Shown piece after piece: positions 12,230 through 23,972 of a DNA stretch of 36,799 nucleotides. A program made the position numbers and the translations under genes. The stretch is from contig NC_068984.1 in NCBI RefSeq assembly GCF_001194135.2, forward strand, positions 49,140,732 through 49,177,530, given 5' to 3'. Source of the DNA: Octopus bimaculoides (Eukaryota). How positions within the stretch are numbered: the stretch's first letter is position 1; every line of letters starts with the position of its first letter. The notes under the pieces were generated by a model, which was not told the origin of the DNA, ran no database searches, and saw only the letters and a list, made by a program, of their open reading frames with translations.

Positions 12230-13160
12230 CATCCAAACCAAGCAATTTACCCCTCGTGCAGCTCGTTTTTTTATTTTTATTAAAGTTAGTGATAGACACA
12301 AAAAAGTGCAATGTACACAAACAGCCTGCATGGATGGAAAGGATAAACCGGCAAATAATCCAGCTAAGAGCAGATATATCTTTTCTACTTGAAGCAAGCA
12401 AAGGGAAAACTATTAAGCCTAACAAACTAATAAGAATAATTGGTAAAAATGATGTTTACAAGAAAACAAAGGATACACAGATTGAAATCCTTAAACAAAA
12501 GCTATAAGTAAAAACCAAATGACTGGTAAAATACAAAAAACGCTGAGCATTCCATAGATAAAACATAGAAGAGGCCAATGCCAACCTCAAATATCAAGAA
12601 TGGCAAGATATAACAACTGAAGTGAAAGCGGCGCTCCCCAAGTCAAAGAAATGGAAATATCCAGGTATAGATAAGATTCAAAATTTTTGGCTAAACTCTT
12701 TAATGAGCACCCACCACAACTTAGCCGTAGCACTCGATGAAGTCTTGTCCAACCCTGTGAAAGTCCCAAATTGGCTTACTGAAGAAATTACATATATATT
12801 GCCAAAAACAAGAAACTACTACCCCACCCCCACCCCCCAAAAAAATTAACAACCCATAAGAAGCCTCACTACCATAAATTACCATGCAAACGTCCTTAAA
12901 GAGGGATATGATGCCTCTCGCAGAATTTGCAGTACATCCACTGGAATGCCTGTAAATACTACAAAATTAAATCCCATGGTAAGTGGTACACACACCATCC
13001 ACAGGAGGCAGTAAATGGTGAGAGTGTCACCATTCTATGGAACTTCCCAATACAAACAGACAGAAAAAAATGACTCCAAATCGATTAGACATTGTGGTCA
13101 AGGACTACAACAGAGGAATTTGTCTATTAATAGATATTTCTGTCTCAGGAACATATATAA
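12230..13160 (+). mobile_element. Decayed R4/Dong-like RLE-type LINE with a large internal deletion
   Basis: It encodes KQPAWMERINRQIIQLRADIS, then KKWKYPGIDKIQNFWLNSL...PNWLTEEITYILPKT...PKN*QPI (RT N-terminal region), then directly QYIHWNACKYYKIK...KWYTHHP...TILWNFPIQTDRK and PNRLDIVVKDY...CLLIDISV (restriction-like endonuclease region). Confidence 0.8.
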
Positions 13161-13670
13161 CACGAAAACAATATTCAATTTAGAAAGTAATAACGTAATT
13201 TTTAATTTATCATATTGAACAAAGATACTTTTTGACAAGCAGCAAAATAATAATACTGAGAATTGCTTCTAACACAAGTTAAAGGCCAGCAATTTTAGGG
13301 AGTAGGTAAACTGTTACCATTGATCTCAGTAATTGAATTGTAATTTATTTCATGGACTCCAAAGGATGAAAAGCAAAGATGACTTCGATAGGACTTGGTC
13401 TCGGAACATAAAGTGCTGGAAAAAATACAAGTTTTTATTTGTACAACGTGAGAGCGATTATACAATGTGAATTTCCTGATTGAGAAATTTAGTATAAATC
13501 TAGTAATGTATAGTATGTAATCATATTTAAACATTGTAGAGTCAATAACATCGTCCCCAGTTCTCAATTAGTACTTATTTTATCGTCCCAGGAGGGATGA
13601 ATAATAATCATTCACAATTGTATATATTGTTCTAATTTTATACAGTGAGAGATATACTCGCATATATATA

Positions 13671-14651
13671 NNNNNNNNNNNNNNNNNNNNNNNNNNNNNN
13701 NNNNNNNNNNNNNNNNNNNNNNNNNNNNNNNNNNNNNNNNNNNNNNNNNNNNNNNNNNNNNNNNNNNNNNNNNNNNNNNNNNNNNNNNNNNNNNNNNNNN
13801 NNNNNNNNNNNNNNNNNNNNNNNNNNNNNNNNNNNNNNNNNNNNNNNNNNNNNNNNNNNNNNNNNNNNNNNNNNNNNNNNNNNNNNNNNNNNNNNNNNNN
13901 NNNNNNNNNNNNNNNNNNNNNNNNNNNNNNNNNNNNNNNNNNNNNNNNNNNNNNNNNNNNNNNNNNNNNNNNNNNNNNNNNNNNNNNNNNNNNNNNNNNN
14001 NNNNNNNNNNNNNNNNNNNNNNNNNNNNNNNNNNNNNNNNNNNNNNNNNNNNNNNNNNNNNNNNNNNNNNNNNNNNNNNNNNNNNNNNNNNNNNNNNNNN
14101 NNNNNNNNNNNNNNNNNNNNNNNNNNNNNNNNNNNNNNNNNNNNNNNNNNNNNNNNNNNNNNNNNNNNNNNNNNNNNNNNNNNNNNNNNNNNNNNNNNNN
14201 NNNNNNNNNNNNNNNNNNNNNNNNNNNNNNNNNNNNNNNNNNNNNNNNNNNNNNNNNNNNNNNNNNNNNNNNNNNNNNNNNNNNNNNNNNNNNNNNNNNN
14301 NNNNNNNNNNNNNNNNNNNNNNNNNNNNNNNNNNNNNNNNNNNNNNNNNNNNNNNNNNNNNNNNNNNNNNNNNNNNNNNNNNNNNNNNNNNNNNNNNNNN
14401 NNNNNNNNNNNNNNNNNNNNNNNNNNNNNNNNNNNNNNNNNNNNNNNNNNNNNNNNNNNNNNNNNNNNNNNNNNNNNNNNNNNNNNNNNNNNNNNNNNNN
14501 NNNNNNNNNNNNNNNNNNNNNNNNNNNNNNNNNNNNNNNNNNNNNNNNNNNNNNNNNNNNNNNNNNNNNNNNNNNNNNNNNNNNNNNNNNNNNNNNNNNN
14601 NNNNNNNNNNNNNNNNNNNNNNNNNNNNNNNNNNNNNNNNNNNNNNNNNNN
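13671..14651. other. Assembly gap (981 N) flanked by (TA)n
   Basis: Directly visible. Confidence 1.
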
Positions 14652-15118
14652 TATATATATATACTTTGGGTATGGTAGATGAGTTCAGCAAAACTTTAGA
14701 TTTAGGTGAATATGGTACTTAAGTTGAGGCACCAGAATGTAGTACGCATTATCTATACAATTTCAAAGTAAGGTGATTAAAATCAAAATAAGCAGCAAGG
14801 ATATCTATTACCTCTGGATATCCTTGTTCCTTATTTTGATTTATATATATACATATATATATATATAGGTAACATCTCTTAAAGTCAATTTCGTTTTGTC
14901 TTGTGAACTCCAATTTAAGTACTAATGTGTGGGCTCTACACTATTTCAAGTTTTCAACGTATAATAAAAAAATTATTTTCAAAAGAAATATATTTCATGG
15001 TTATCTATAATCTTCCACAGTTATTTATTTTTCAAAATAACTGTGGAATTTCAACAGATACTGCTGTAATAATCATGTGAATGATATAAAGTAAAATATA
15101 AAAGAAACCTTACAATAT

Positions 15119-15356
15119 AGGTGCAGGGGTGGCTGTGTGGTACGAAGCTTACTTCTCAACCTCATGGTTCCAGGTTCAGTCAGTCCCACTGCGTGGCACC
15201 TTGGTCAAGTGCCTTCTACTATAGCCTCAGGCCGAACAAGGACAATATTTTTACCTAAAATGTAGACATTAGCAAAAGCCAAATGAAGATTTTGTGAGTA
15301 GACTTGGTAGACGGATACTGAAAGACTCTCATCGTACACCCCCCCCCCAATATATA

Positions 15357-15399
<43 letters not shown>

Positions 15400-15417
15400 T
15401 ATATACATACATATATA

Positions 15418-15449
<32 letters not shown>

Positions 15450-15505
15450 CATATATATACATATGTTTGTGTGTCTGTGTTTGTCCCTCCACTATCGCTT
15501 GACAA
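15119..15505 (+). mobile_element. SINE family A with internal microsatellite, 3'-truncated
   Basis: aggtgcaggggtggctgtgtggtacgaagcttac...ggttcag...ggcaccttggtcaagtgccttctactatagcctcaggccga...ggtagacggatactgaaag-(TA)n-tgtgtctgtgtttgtccctccactatcgcttgacaa. Confidence 0.85.
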
Positions 15506-16269
15506 AAGTTAAATTCATCTTTAAAACAAGCATCTCAGTTATCAACGATATAATCACACTATTGAAAGTAATATTAGTGAATATGAATTACTCTTTAAAT
15601 AAATAATTAGAAGTATACACTTCATATAATGTTATATTGCACACGTATATTAACAATGCATACATTTATCACAAAAACAACTTAGATTTCAATAATGCCA
15701 GTGGTGGATAAAATATATAACATGACAACTCGGGAGAAGGATACAAGCAGTTGATGCTGAAATTTGCTACGCTCAAAAATGTATTTTACGTTATCTAATA
15801 TTCCGGAAAATATAGGATATAATTAGACAGACCAAGTCACGTGTAGATCGAACTAAGTGAAGGTCCAGCGCTTTATTTTTTGTGTGTGTGTGAGTGTGTT
15901 TGTGTGTGTATGCATATATGTCTGTGTCCGCGCGTGTGTATGAGAGAGAGAATGCGTGAGAGAGAGAGGGAGAGAGAGTGTGTATGTGTGTACATAGACA
16001 CACATGCACACCCACTTATTCTACATATGTGGGACCAAACGTGCATTCTGACTTAGCGTGATTAGTAGCTGGGAATTACAGAGATACGGGTTCCCTTAAC
16101 GTAATTTTCAAGTAGAATGAGCAAGACACTACATGATTATGTTGAACTTGTGGTATTACAAGTATGTTCCACCTTATTGGCTACTCCATAGCTTCCATTT
16201 GACACGAATTCATTCACAGGATTTTGGTTGGTCAGAAGCTGTTTTATCATTTACTTGTTTCTTATACGT

Positions 16270-16658
16270 ACAGGCGCAATGGCCCAGTGGTTAGGGCAGC
16301 AGACTCGCGGTCATAGGATCGCGGTTTCGATTCCCAGACCGGGCGGTGTGTGTGTTTATTGAGCGAAAACACCTAAAGCTCCACGAGGCTCCGGCAGGGG
16401 ATGGTGACGAACACTGCTGTACTCTTTCACCACAACTTTCTCTCACTCTTTCTTCCTGTTTCTGTTGTGCCTGTAATTCAAAGGGTCAACCTTGTCGCAC
16501 TGTGTCACGCTGAATATCCCCGAGAACTACGTTAAGGGTACACGTGTTTGTGAAGTGCTCAGTTACTTGCACGTTAATTTCACGAGCAGGCTGTTCCATT
16601 GACGAGATCAAATGGAACCCTCGACGTCGTAAGCGACGGAGTGCCAACAACAACAACA
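16270..16658 (+). mobile_element. SINE family C (~390 bp, tRNA-derived head, (AAC)n tail), full length with 14-bp TSD
   Basis: A-box TGGCCCAGTGG, B-box-like GGTTTCGATTCC and tail ...gagtgccaacaacaacaaca. Perfect TSD tgtttcttatacgt at 16256-16269 and 16659-16672. Highly similar to 22996-23379. Probably one of the described octopus OR/OK SINE families; exact assignment unverified. Confidence 0.9.
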
Positions 16659-16716
16659 TGTTTCTTATACGTTAAGACTACGCCGGAGCGCCGCCTTGAA
16701 TATTAGTCGAACGAAT

Positions 16717-17800
16717 CATTAAAATGACAGTTCCATCAGACTTTCAAAGAGGTCAAATTATTGGTGCTCGTATGGCAAGCGCTAACGTAACGAAAACAGC
16801 CGAAATGCCTGGTGTACCAAGAAAAACTGTGCCGAAAGTAATAACAGCCTTTGAAAAAGAGGGGAAAACCTCCTCGTCAAGACAAAACTCCAGAAGAAAA
16901 CCAAAACTTTCAGACAGGGACTGTCAGACTCATATGCGAATTGTTAGAAAGGATCACAAAAGTACAGCTCCGAAAATTGCTGTAGAGCTTAATGACCACC
17001 TCGAGAACCCAGTTTCCGCAAAAAACTGTTCGCCGGGAGCTGCACAAAGCCGGATTTCACAGGAGGGCTGCAATCAGAAAACCACTACTTTCAAAAGCGT
17101 TTAGAGTGGAATAAAAACCTAGTGTTGGTCCAAAGAGCAGTGGAAGAATGTTATTTTCTTGGACGAGTCATCCTTTACCTTATTTCTGACCACTGGCCGA
17201 GTATACGTGCGGAGACAGCCAAAAAAAGCATTTGGCCAAGACTGCCTTCTTCCAACTGTTAAACATGGAGGAGGATCTGTGATGATATGGGGGGGGGGGG
17301 CGGTTATATCTTAGAAATCCACCGGCCCAATGGTTTCCCTTCATGGCAGAATTAATAGTCAAGACTATTTAAGCATTTTATCTGATTAAATTCATCCTAT
17401 GGTTGCGAAACTGTTTCCGGAGAGAAACGCAATCTTTCAGGATGATAATATACCAATTCACACAACTAAAGTTGTTACTAAATGGCACGAGGAACATTCT
17501 AGTGAAGCTGAAATCTGATCTGGCCACCACCGTTCCCAGATCACAATGTTATTGAACATTTATGGTGCATTTTAGATGAATAAGTAAGGAGTCGATATTC
17601 TCCACCATCATCATTACAAGAAATGGAGAATATTTTAGCTGAAGTATGAACAAAAATTCCTTAGGAAACACTTCAAACTTTGTACGAATCCATACCTCGT
17701 AGTATTCAAGCTGTAATTACACCCAAAGGCGGTCCTTCCCCATACTAAAATAAATTTGTTTGAAATTTTAATCTGTTTCCATTATTTCGTCCAACCCCTG
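16717..17800 (+). mobile_element. Tc1-family DNA transposon, pseudogenised transposase, 5' TIR missing
   Basis: ORF 16724.. reads SDFQRGQIIGARMA...GRKPKLSDRD-like paired-type HTH. Catalytic motifs FLDESSF, KHGGGSVMIWG, FQDDN and PDHNVIEHLW are present. C-terminus KGGPSPY* (stop 17746-17748). The 3' TIR ...gtttccattatttcgtccaacccctg is followed by TA at 17801-17802. Confidence 0.92.
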
Positions 17801-17822
17801 TATATGTATATATATATATATA

Positions 17823-17968
17823 TGGGAGAATATACAAATAATAACAACAGACGAGGACAGGTGGTGTAAATAACAAAAGGATATATTAGTATGACGCTCG
17901 GGAATACGGAAAGTCTTTGACGTTTCGAGCTACGCTCTTCAACAGAAAGAATACGGAGACAAGGAGAG
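17823..17968 (-). mobile_element. Penelope-type terminal (pLTR-like) fragment
   Basis: The minus strand carries ...tctttctgttgaagagcgtagctcgaaacgtcaaagactttcc..., a hammerhead-shaped motif typical of PLE termini. It lies in the (TA)n next to the Tc1 end. Confidence 0.6.
17914..17950 (-). ncRNA. Variant minimal type I hammerhead ribozyme motif
   Basis: Fold: UCUUU-CUGUUGA-A-GAGC(GUA)GCUC-GAAAC-GUC^-AAAGA. Stem I has 5 bp, stem II 4 bp, stem III is the palindrome ACGU and the cleavage triplet is GUC. The core has U instead of the conserved A6. Confidence 0.5.
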
Positions 17969-18734
17969 GATTTCTTTCAGTTTCCGTGTATCAATGCGCT
18001 CATAAGTCAGCATGCGGCTATACCTATATAATACCAACAAAATCTTCTCAGACTTTCGACAACAATCAAAGGCAAGATCAACATCTTATTAAACATTACC
18101 CCCTCAGTTAAAGAGGATGATAAATACAGCATAAAATTATCTAGTCGATGCCGAACGATACAACGTCAGGAAATTGTGTACTTCCACGTATACAAGACGA
18201 ACATAAACAATCTATGCTAATCAAATACAAAGATCTGCATTTTATGAAATATCTACTCAGTCAAAACTAAAAACGATATGATGGATGTTACATCATAAAA
18301 CATCTGCTTTGTCCATGGGAAAAAGTGAAATGTTCATAATATACCGACTTTACTAACTAGAAAATGCGAATATCATAAAATCATTTGCTCCAATTGAACA
18401 ACCAAATAGCCAGGAAATCGTAGTAGGAAAAATACAAAGGTGGTCAACATTAAATACACGACTACATCAGAAAGTAGAAATGGTATTTTCTTGTGTTACT
18501 TAAATTATCTAACAAGCGCATCTTCTGTTCAACCAGTGACTCACTAATTCTATAAAGGAATTTTCAGATATCCAATCTTTGATATCAGACAATATTCCTC
18601 CATCTAATAACTTGCCTTTGATTATTCTTATGGAATTATTCAATCATTAACTGCGTATTGATCCTTGTTTTAGTCCTCAAATTCTCCTAATTAATTTTCC
18701 AGATTACTTCAGTATATCAAAGAATTCTTGACAC

Positions 18735-18744
18735 NNNNNNNNNN
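18735..18744. other. Assembly gap (10 N)
   Basis: Directly visible. Confidence 1.
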
Positions 18745-18814
18745 TTTTTTTTTTTTTGTTCATTTCTTTTCTTCTTTTCTTTTTTCCTTTGCTAAATTAT
18801 TATTGATAGGGCGG

Positions 18815-18930
18815 TTAGGCAAGAAAGTTGTAAGGGAAATGGATAGAATGCTTCGCGGTGTTTCTGTGTCCCTCTGCTCTATTAGTTCAAATCCTGCTGA
18901 TGACAACTCTGTTTTTCATATTTACGTGGG
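18815..18930 (+). mobile_element. Highly diverged SINE family B relic
   Basis: gttcaaatcctgctgatgacaactctgtttttcat resembles family B gttcaaattccgccgaggtcgactttgcctttcat. Confidence 0.4.
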
Positions 18931-19489
18931 TGATGAAGTATCGGTCCGGAGCCGATTCGTCTTCTCTTTCTCTGATTATTCCAGAACTGACAACACGACA
19001 GGTGAATTGAGACATGTTACAATACATAGATTTCATAAATACCTACAAAGCAGGAAATTCTGAGACACAGAATGGTCGATTATATCGAGACCGATATTTA
19101 ATGGATAATCTCATTTTTTACCCTGTAAATATAAAAGGCCAAGTTGGCCTGGTAGGCTTATATACCCAGTATTTATAGATCCAAACAAAAGCTGTAAATA
19201 CCGACGCTCAGAAGATTCCTGTAGTCACATCAATGAAATGAAGCGGAACGAAGGCAAAGAAACAAAGCGCCGGATGATTGCATCTAAAGAAATCCAGGGA
19301 TTTTTTAACGTACATTCTCTCTTAAATGAAAATGATAATTTGATAAATTTATTTATATATGATCAAGAAACTTTAATACTATTGATTTATATCCTAAGCT
19401 ATGACAATTTCCGTATTTTCATTTGTCTTAAACTTCAGGTATTGTTTTTCAGCATCAACTCAGGCTGAAATAACAGGATAGATTTTACA

Positions 19490-19532
<43 letters not shown>

Positions 19533-19553
19533 GTATGTATATATATATATATA

Positions 19554-21036
19554 CGAGAGGGTACCCAAAAGTAACCGGTAATGTTCACTGTGGGACAAGC
19601 CCGTTGTAATTCAGGCTTCCGCCACTAGTAGCCACTTGATGCGACTGTAAGGCATCAGTGTGCCGACAGGCGTTGTCGATTGAAGTCGGACTGCCACGTG
19701 GTATGTCTTTGATTTTCAGTGCTTTTTCCCCTGTTCGTCGATTTTTACAATGGCTTCAACGAAGGAACATCATGCTTCCGTAAAATTCTGCTTTCTGCTG
19801 GGGAACACGGCGGCCAAGACAGTTTTCATGCTTCAAACAACTTACAAGAACGCCACCATTAGCAAATCACAAGTTTACGAATAGTTTTCATGGTTTAGGA
19901 ATGGTCGCTTGTCGCTTGAAGACCAATCCCATTCAGAGTGATTGTCATCCTTCCGAACGAATGAAAATATCACGAAAATTTATGAAATGATCTTAGAGAA
20001 CCGTCGCCAAACAACTGACGAACTTGTTGATATCACTGGTGTGTCCTGGAGCCAACGAATTTCGAGCGAGGAATTGTGGATGAAAAGAGTTGCAACAAAA
20101 TTTGTGCCTCGCTTGTTACAGGAAGATCAAAAGCAGTCACGACTGAATGCGTGTTCTGAACTGAAAGAACAGTCTGAAGTTGAACTGGACCTTTTTCCAA
20201 AGGTCTTCACTGGTGACGAAAGCTGGTGTTACTGCTACGAACCGGAAATGAAGCAACAACCAAGTCAATGGAAGCTTTTAACTTCACCACGCACCAAAAT
20301 GCATGTCAAGTGAAGTCCAATATCAAGACGATGTTCATTTGTTTCACCGATACGAAGGGAATTGTTCACACAGAATTTGTTCCTCCTGGTCAAACTGTTA
20401 AACAACCATTTTACTTGGCAGCTCTGAAGCGTTTACGAGACGCAGTGAGACGAAAACGTTTCGACCTATGACAAAGTGGTGGTTTCGCCAAGACCATGCT
20501 CCTACGCACACCGCCTTGAGTGTGAGACAGTTTTCGACCAAAACTAACATGACCCTGCTTAGCCACATTCCTACTCACCCGATATTGTTCCTTGTGACAT
20601 ACTTTTTGTTCCCCCGAATGAAAAATATCCTTAAAGAAAAACGTTTTGCCAAGAGTTCCAGGACTGCTTCGAGCAGTGGCAAACGCGTCTGGACCGATGC
20701 ATGGCTTCAAATGGAGAATGCTTTGAAGGCGATAAACGTCTAAACACGTAAAGGTACGCGAATAAAAGAATACTGCAAAATTCCAAAGCGGCGAGTTGGC
20801 AGAGACGTTATCACGCGGGACGAAATACTTAGAGGTATTTCATCTGTCTTTGTGTTCTGAGTTCAAATTCCGCAGAGGTCGACTTTGCCTTTCAACCTTT
20901 CGGAGTCGATAAATTAAGTACCAGTTGCGTACTAGGATCGACCTAATCGACTGGCCCCCTTCCCCAAAATGTCGTGCCTTGTACCTAGAGTAGAAAAGAA
21001 TATTGCGAAATTCCGGTTTCTTTGTGGTTCCCCTTG
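19554..21036 (+). mobile_element. Mariner-family transposon with both TIRs and decayed transposase (ATG 19750, stop 20749-20751)
   Basis: TIRs cgagagggtacccaaaagtaaccggtaat and attccggtttctttgtggttccccttg, each with TA outside. Protein motifs MASTKEHHASVKFCFLLG, KFVPRLL, TGDESWCYCYEPE, QDHAPTHTALSV, YFLFPRMK and LDRCMASNGECFEGD. Stops, frameshifts and a C-terminal deletion are present. Confidence 0.92.
20787..21000 (+). mobile_element. SINE family B inserted inside the mariner
   Basis: Full copy gcggcgagttggcag...cctagagtagaaaagaa. Flanked by aaaagaatactgcaaaattcc (20764-20784) and aaaagaatattgcgaaattcc (20994-21014), 19/21 identical. Confidence 0.9.
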
Positions 21037-21050
21037 TATATATATATTAT

Positions 21051-21580
21051 CTTTTATTTTGTTTGAGAAATTGGACTATAGTTATGCTGAGGTTTTCTTC
21101 TAAAAAAAATGGACACCACTATCTATTGTTTTAAAATCTTCTACTTATTCTATCTGTCTCTTTTACCCAACCGGTATGCTACAGGNNNNNNNNNNNNNNN
21201 NNNNNNNNNNNNNNNNNNNNNNNNNNNNNNNNNNNNNNNNNNNNNNNNNNNNNNNNNNNNNNNNNNNNNNNNNNNNNNNNNNNNNNNNNNNNNNNNNNNN
21301 NNNNNNNNNNNNNNNNNNNNNNNNNNNNNNNNNNNNNNNNNNNNNNNNNNNNNNNNNNNNNNNNNNNNNNNNNNNNNNNNNNNNNNNNNNNNNNNNNNNN
21401 ACACATGCACGCACATATACTCTTACGTATCTAATTAACAAGCTTCTTTCATCCTCCGTTTACCAAATGCACTCACAAGACTGCTGAAGTGGAAGGCTAG
21501 CGTAAGGAAGCATGCAGTGGGACTGATCCCGAAACCATGCGGTTAGGATGCCAACCTCTTACCAAAGCCATGCCTGCGCT
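21051..21580 (-). mobile_element. SINE family A copy spanning the 21186-21400 gap
   Basis: The 3' part (tacttattctatctgtctcttttacccaaccg) lies left of the gap and the head (cagtgggactgatcccgaaaccatgcgg...catgcctgcgc) lies right of it. The gap replaces the central microsatellite. Confidence 0.65.
21186..21400. other. Assembly gap (215 N)
   Basis: Directly visible. Confidence 1.
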
Positions 21581-21583
21581 CAT

Positions 21584-21657
21584 AATATATATAATATAAT
21601 ATAATATAATATGTAGTGTATTGATATTAGGGTTTTATATGTATAAATGTGTGTGTG

Positions 21658-21697
<40 letters not shown>

Positions 21698-21725
21698 TGC
21701 GTGCATGCATTTATACATGTATGTA
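21584..21725. repeat. (ATAAT)n and (TG)n microsatellites
   Basis: Directly visible. Confidence 0.85.
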
Positions 21726-22995
21726 TCTATTTAAAATGAATGTTTATCTCGTGATTCATTCTTCACACCACTGCGATCTACATGATGCTTTTAGTCAATA
21801 GCAATCATTCGCATCTTTCCGGTTTCGTATTGCATTCTAATCAAATTGGATTAACGTAAGACAACGTAAGTGAAAACTGTAAGCTGAGGATGCAGACATG
21901 ATAACTGATTAATACTGAGTATTAAAGGAACTATCTCGGATACCTATACAAGTTAGCATATACAAAAATACCAGCGGGAAACAATAGAGTGTATTTAGTG
22001 ACATAGTTAGTAAGCAGTAGCTAAACATTTATTACTGCTAATATTTTTATTACTGTCATTAGCATGATGTTATCTAAACAAATTAGAATATGTGATTGCT
22101 GTATATTTAAGAGTTTAGATTAGCAAGAAATATCAATGTTACCCTACTTCGGCATAACTTATGGTGCTTAATGTATAAGTAATTTGTATATGAGCGACCT
22201 CCGGGTTGAAGATTCAACAGATCATGCGAATATTCGAAGATCGATAACTACACAATCCAGGCTTTCGAGAACAAAATATTACATTAATAGATGTAAATTG
22301 TTCTAATTCTTAAAATTTATGTTTAGTCGTCTGGCTCCTGAAAATATTATTAAGTATATTGTGATTATATTTTGATTCACGTCAGCAGCTTCAATGTATT
22401 CTTAAACTACCACACTGCATGTACACTATACTGTATCGCAATACATGTTATTTGAAATGTGGATCTCATCATATGTGCACGCCGTTCACTCATAACAGCT
22501 AGGAAATAATGATGTAAGTAATAATTTTGATTGTAAAACTTTTTCTAACGAATAAAAAAGCAAAAATGCCGAATTTATTGCTTAATATTATTTGTTGTAC
22601 CTCTACGCTATATGATCAACTACAGCTTAGGTTTTCAAGTAAGCTTTGCTTCGAATTTCTTCATGGTCGACAATTATTAAGATTATGTACATTCTAGAAT
22701 TCTAGAATTCTTTCAACGAATAATGCTTCCCTTTTATGAATCGTATCAAGCAAGATAAAATTACAAGTCGTCTGAAGTTTTTCAAACGATAACACATCGT
22801 TCACCTTTCGTTTCCTATTTACTGTGGCCGAAATAATCTGTGATTCCCACCGTCTTTCATAATTTATTCAACAGAAAGTTATATTTAAACAGAACTAAAC
22901 ACTAGTCTGAACTCTTCCGTGGTAATATTGTAATTTTTAATTCATTTTGAAACTAATAACGTTAGCTTAATTGTCTTTTATTATATTTGGAAGTA

Positions 22996-23379
22996 GTGGA
23001 GGCGCAATGGCCCAGTGGTTAGGGCAGCGGACTCACGGTCATAGGTTCGCGGTTTCGATTCCCACACCGGGCGTTGTGAGTGTTTATTGAGCGAAAACAC
23101 CTAAAGCTCCACGAGGCTCCGGCAGGGGATGGTGGCGAACCCTGCTGTACTCTTTCACCACAACTTTCTCTCACTCTTTCTTCCTGTTTCTGTTGTACCT
23201 GTAATTCAAAGGGTCAGGCTTGTCACACTGTGTCACGCTGAATATCCCCGAGAACTACGTTAAGGGTACACGTGTCTGTGGAGTGCCCAGCCACTTGCAC
23301 GTTAATTTCACGAGCAGGCTGTTCCGTTGATCGGATAAAGTGGAACCCTCGACGTCGTAAGCGACGGAGTGCCAACAAC
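22996..23379 (+). mobile_element. SINE family C, full length with 11-bp TSD
   Basis: A-box at 23008-23018, B-box-like motif at 23051-23062, tail gagtgccaacaac. Perfect TSD atttggaagta at 22985-22995 and 23380-23390. Confidence 0.92.
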
Positions 23380-23390
23380 ATTTGGAAGTA

Positions 23391-23525
23391 CATTCTGAAT
23401 TCAAATTCAGCCATGGTCACCTTTGACTTTCATCCTTTCGAGATTGCTGAAATACGTACCAATCAAGTACTGGTGTCTCTGTAGTCAACATGTCCCCTTT
23501 CCACAAAATTGCTTGTCTTCTGCCA
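23391..23525 (+). mobile_element. Old SINE family B fragment
   Basis: cattctgaattcaaattcagccatggtcacctttgactttcatcctttcg...ccacaaaattgcttgtcttctgcc aligns with family B. Confidence 0.55.
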
Positions 23526-23880
23526 CTATAAAGGAATTCAAAAGTTTCATATCAATCGCTAAAGTAAAATACGATGTGAATAGCAGCATATGTATTTATG
23601 TCAACCAAAAAATAATTGAAAACTAAAAAGTTTAATTAGATATATTTTATACACGTGTATATACTCTTTCTGATGCTATGAAACTGCAAGAGAAGTATCT
23701 AACTACAAGTAATAAACATTTCTCGAAATGAAATCTTATTTCCACCATATTATATACTAATTTGTCTTTAAGTGTTAGTTTTGGTAGTTCAGAATTTATG
23801 TAAAAAAAAAAATATGCACCCAAAAGCTATATGAATCAAAAACATGTTTTCTGCAGAAATACATTTTAACAAAGTTGTAT

Positions 23881-23883
<3 letters not shown>

Positions 23884-23920
<37 letters not shown>

Positions 23921-23934
23921 NNNNNNNNNNNNNN

Positions 23935-23970
<36 letters not shown>
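23884..23970. repeat. (CA)n and (TA)n either side of a 14-N gap (23921-23934)
   Basis: Directly visible. Confidence 0.95.

Positions 23971-23972
<2 letters not shown>

Noticed and set aside
13612-14691. 345-aa and 359-aa ORFs, and the ORFs at 21109-21487
   Set aside because: Composed of X residues from N gaps.
16270-23379. Recurrent ~390-bp repeats as a CRISPR array or segmental duplication
   Set aside because: Dispersed copies, each with its own TSD and A/B boxes, are SINEs. There is no repeat-spacer periodicity and the DNA is eukaryotic.
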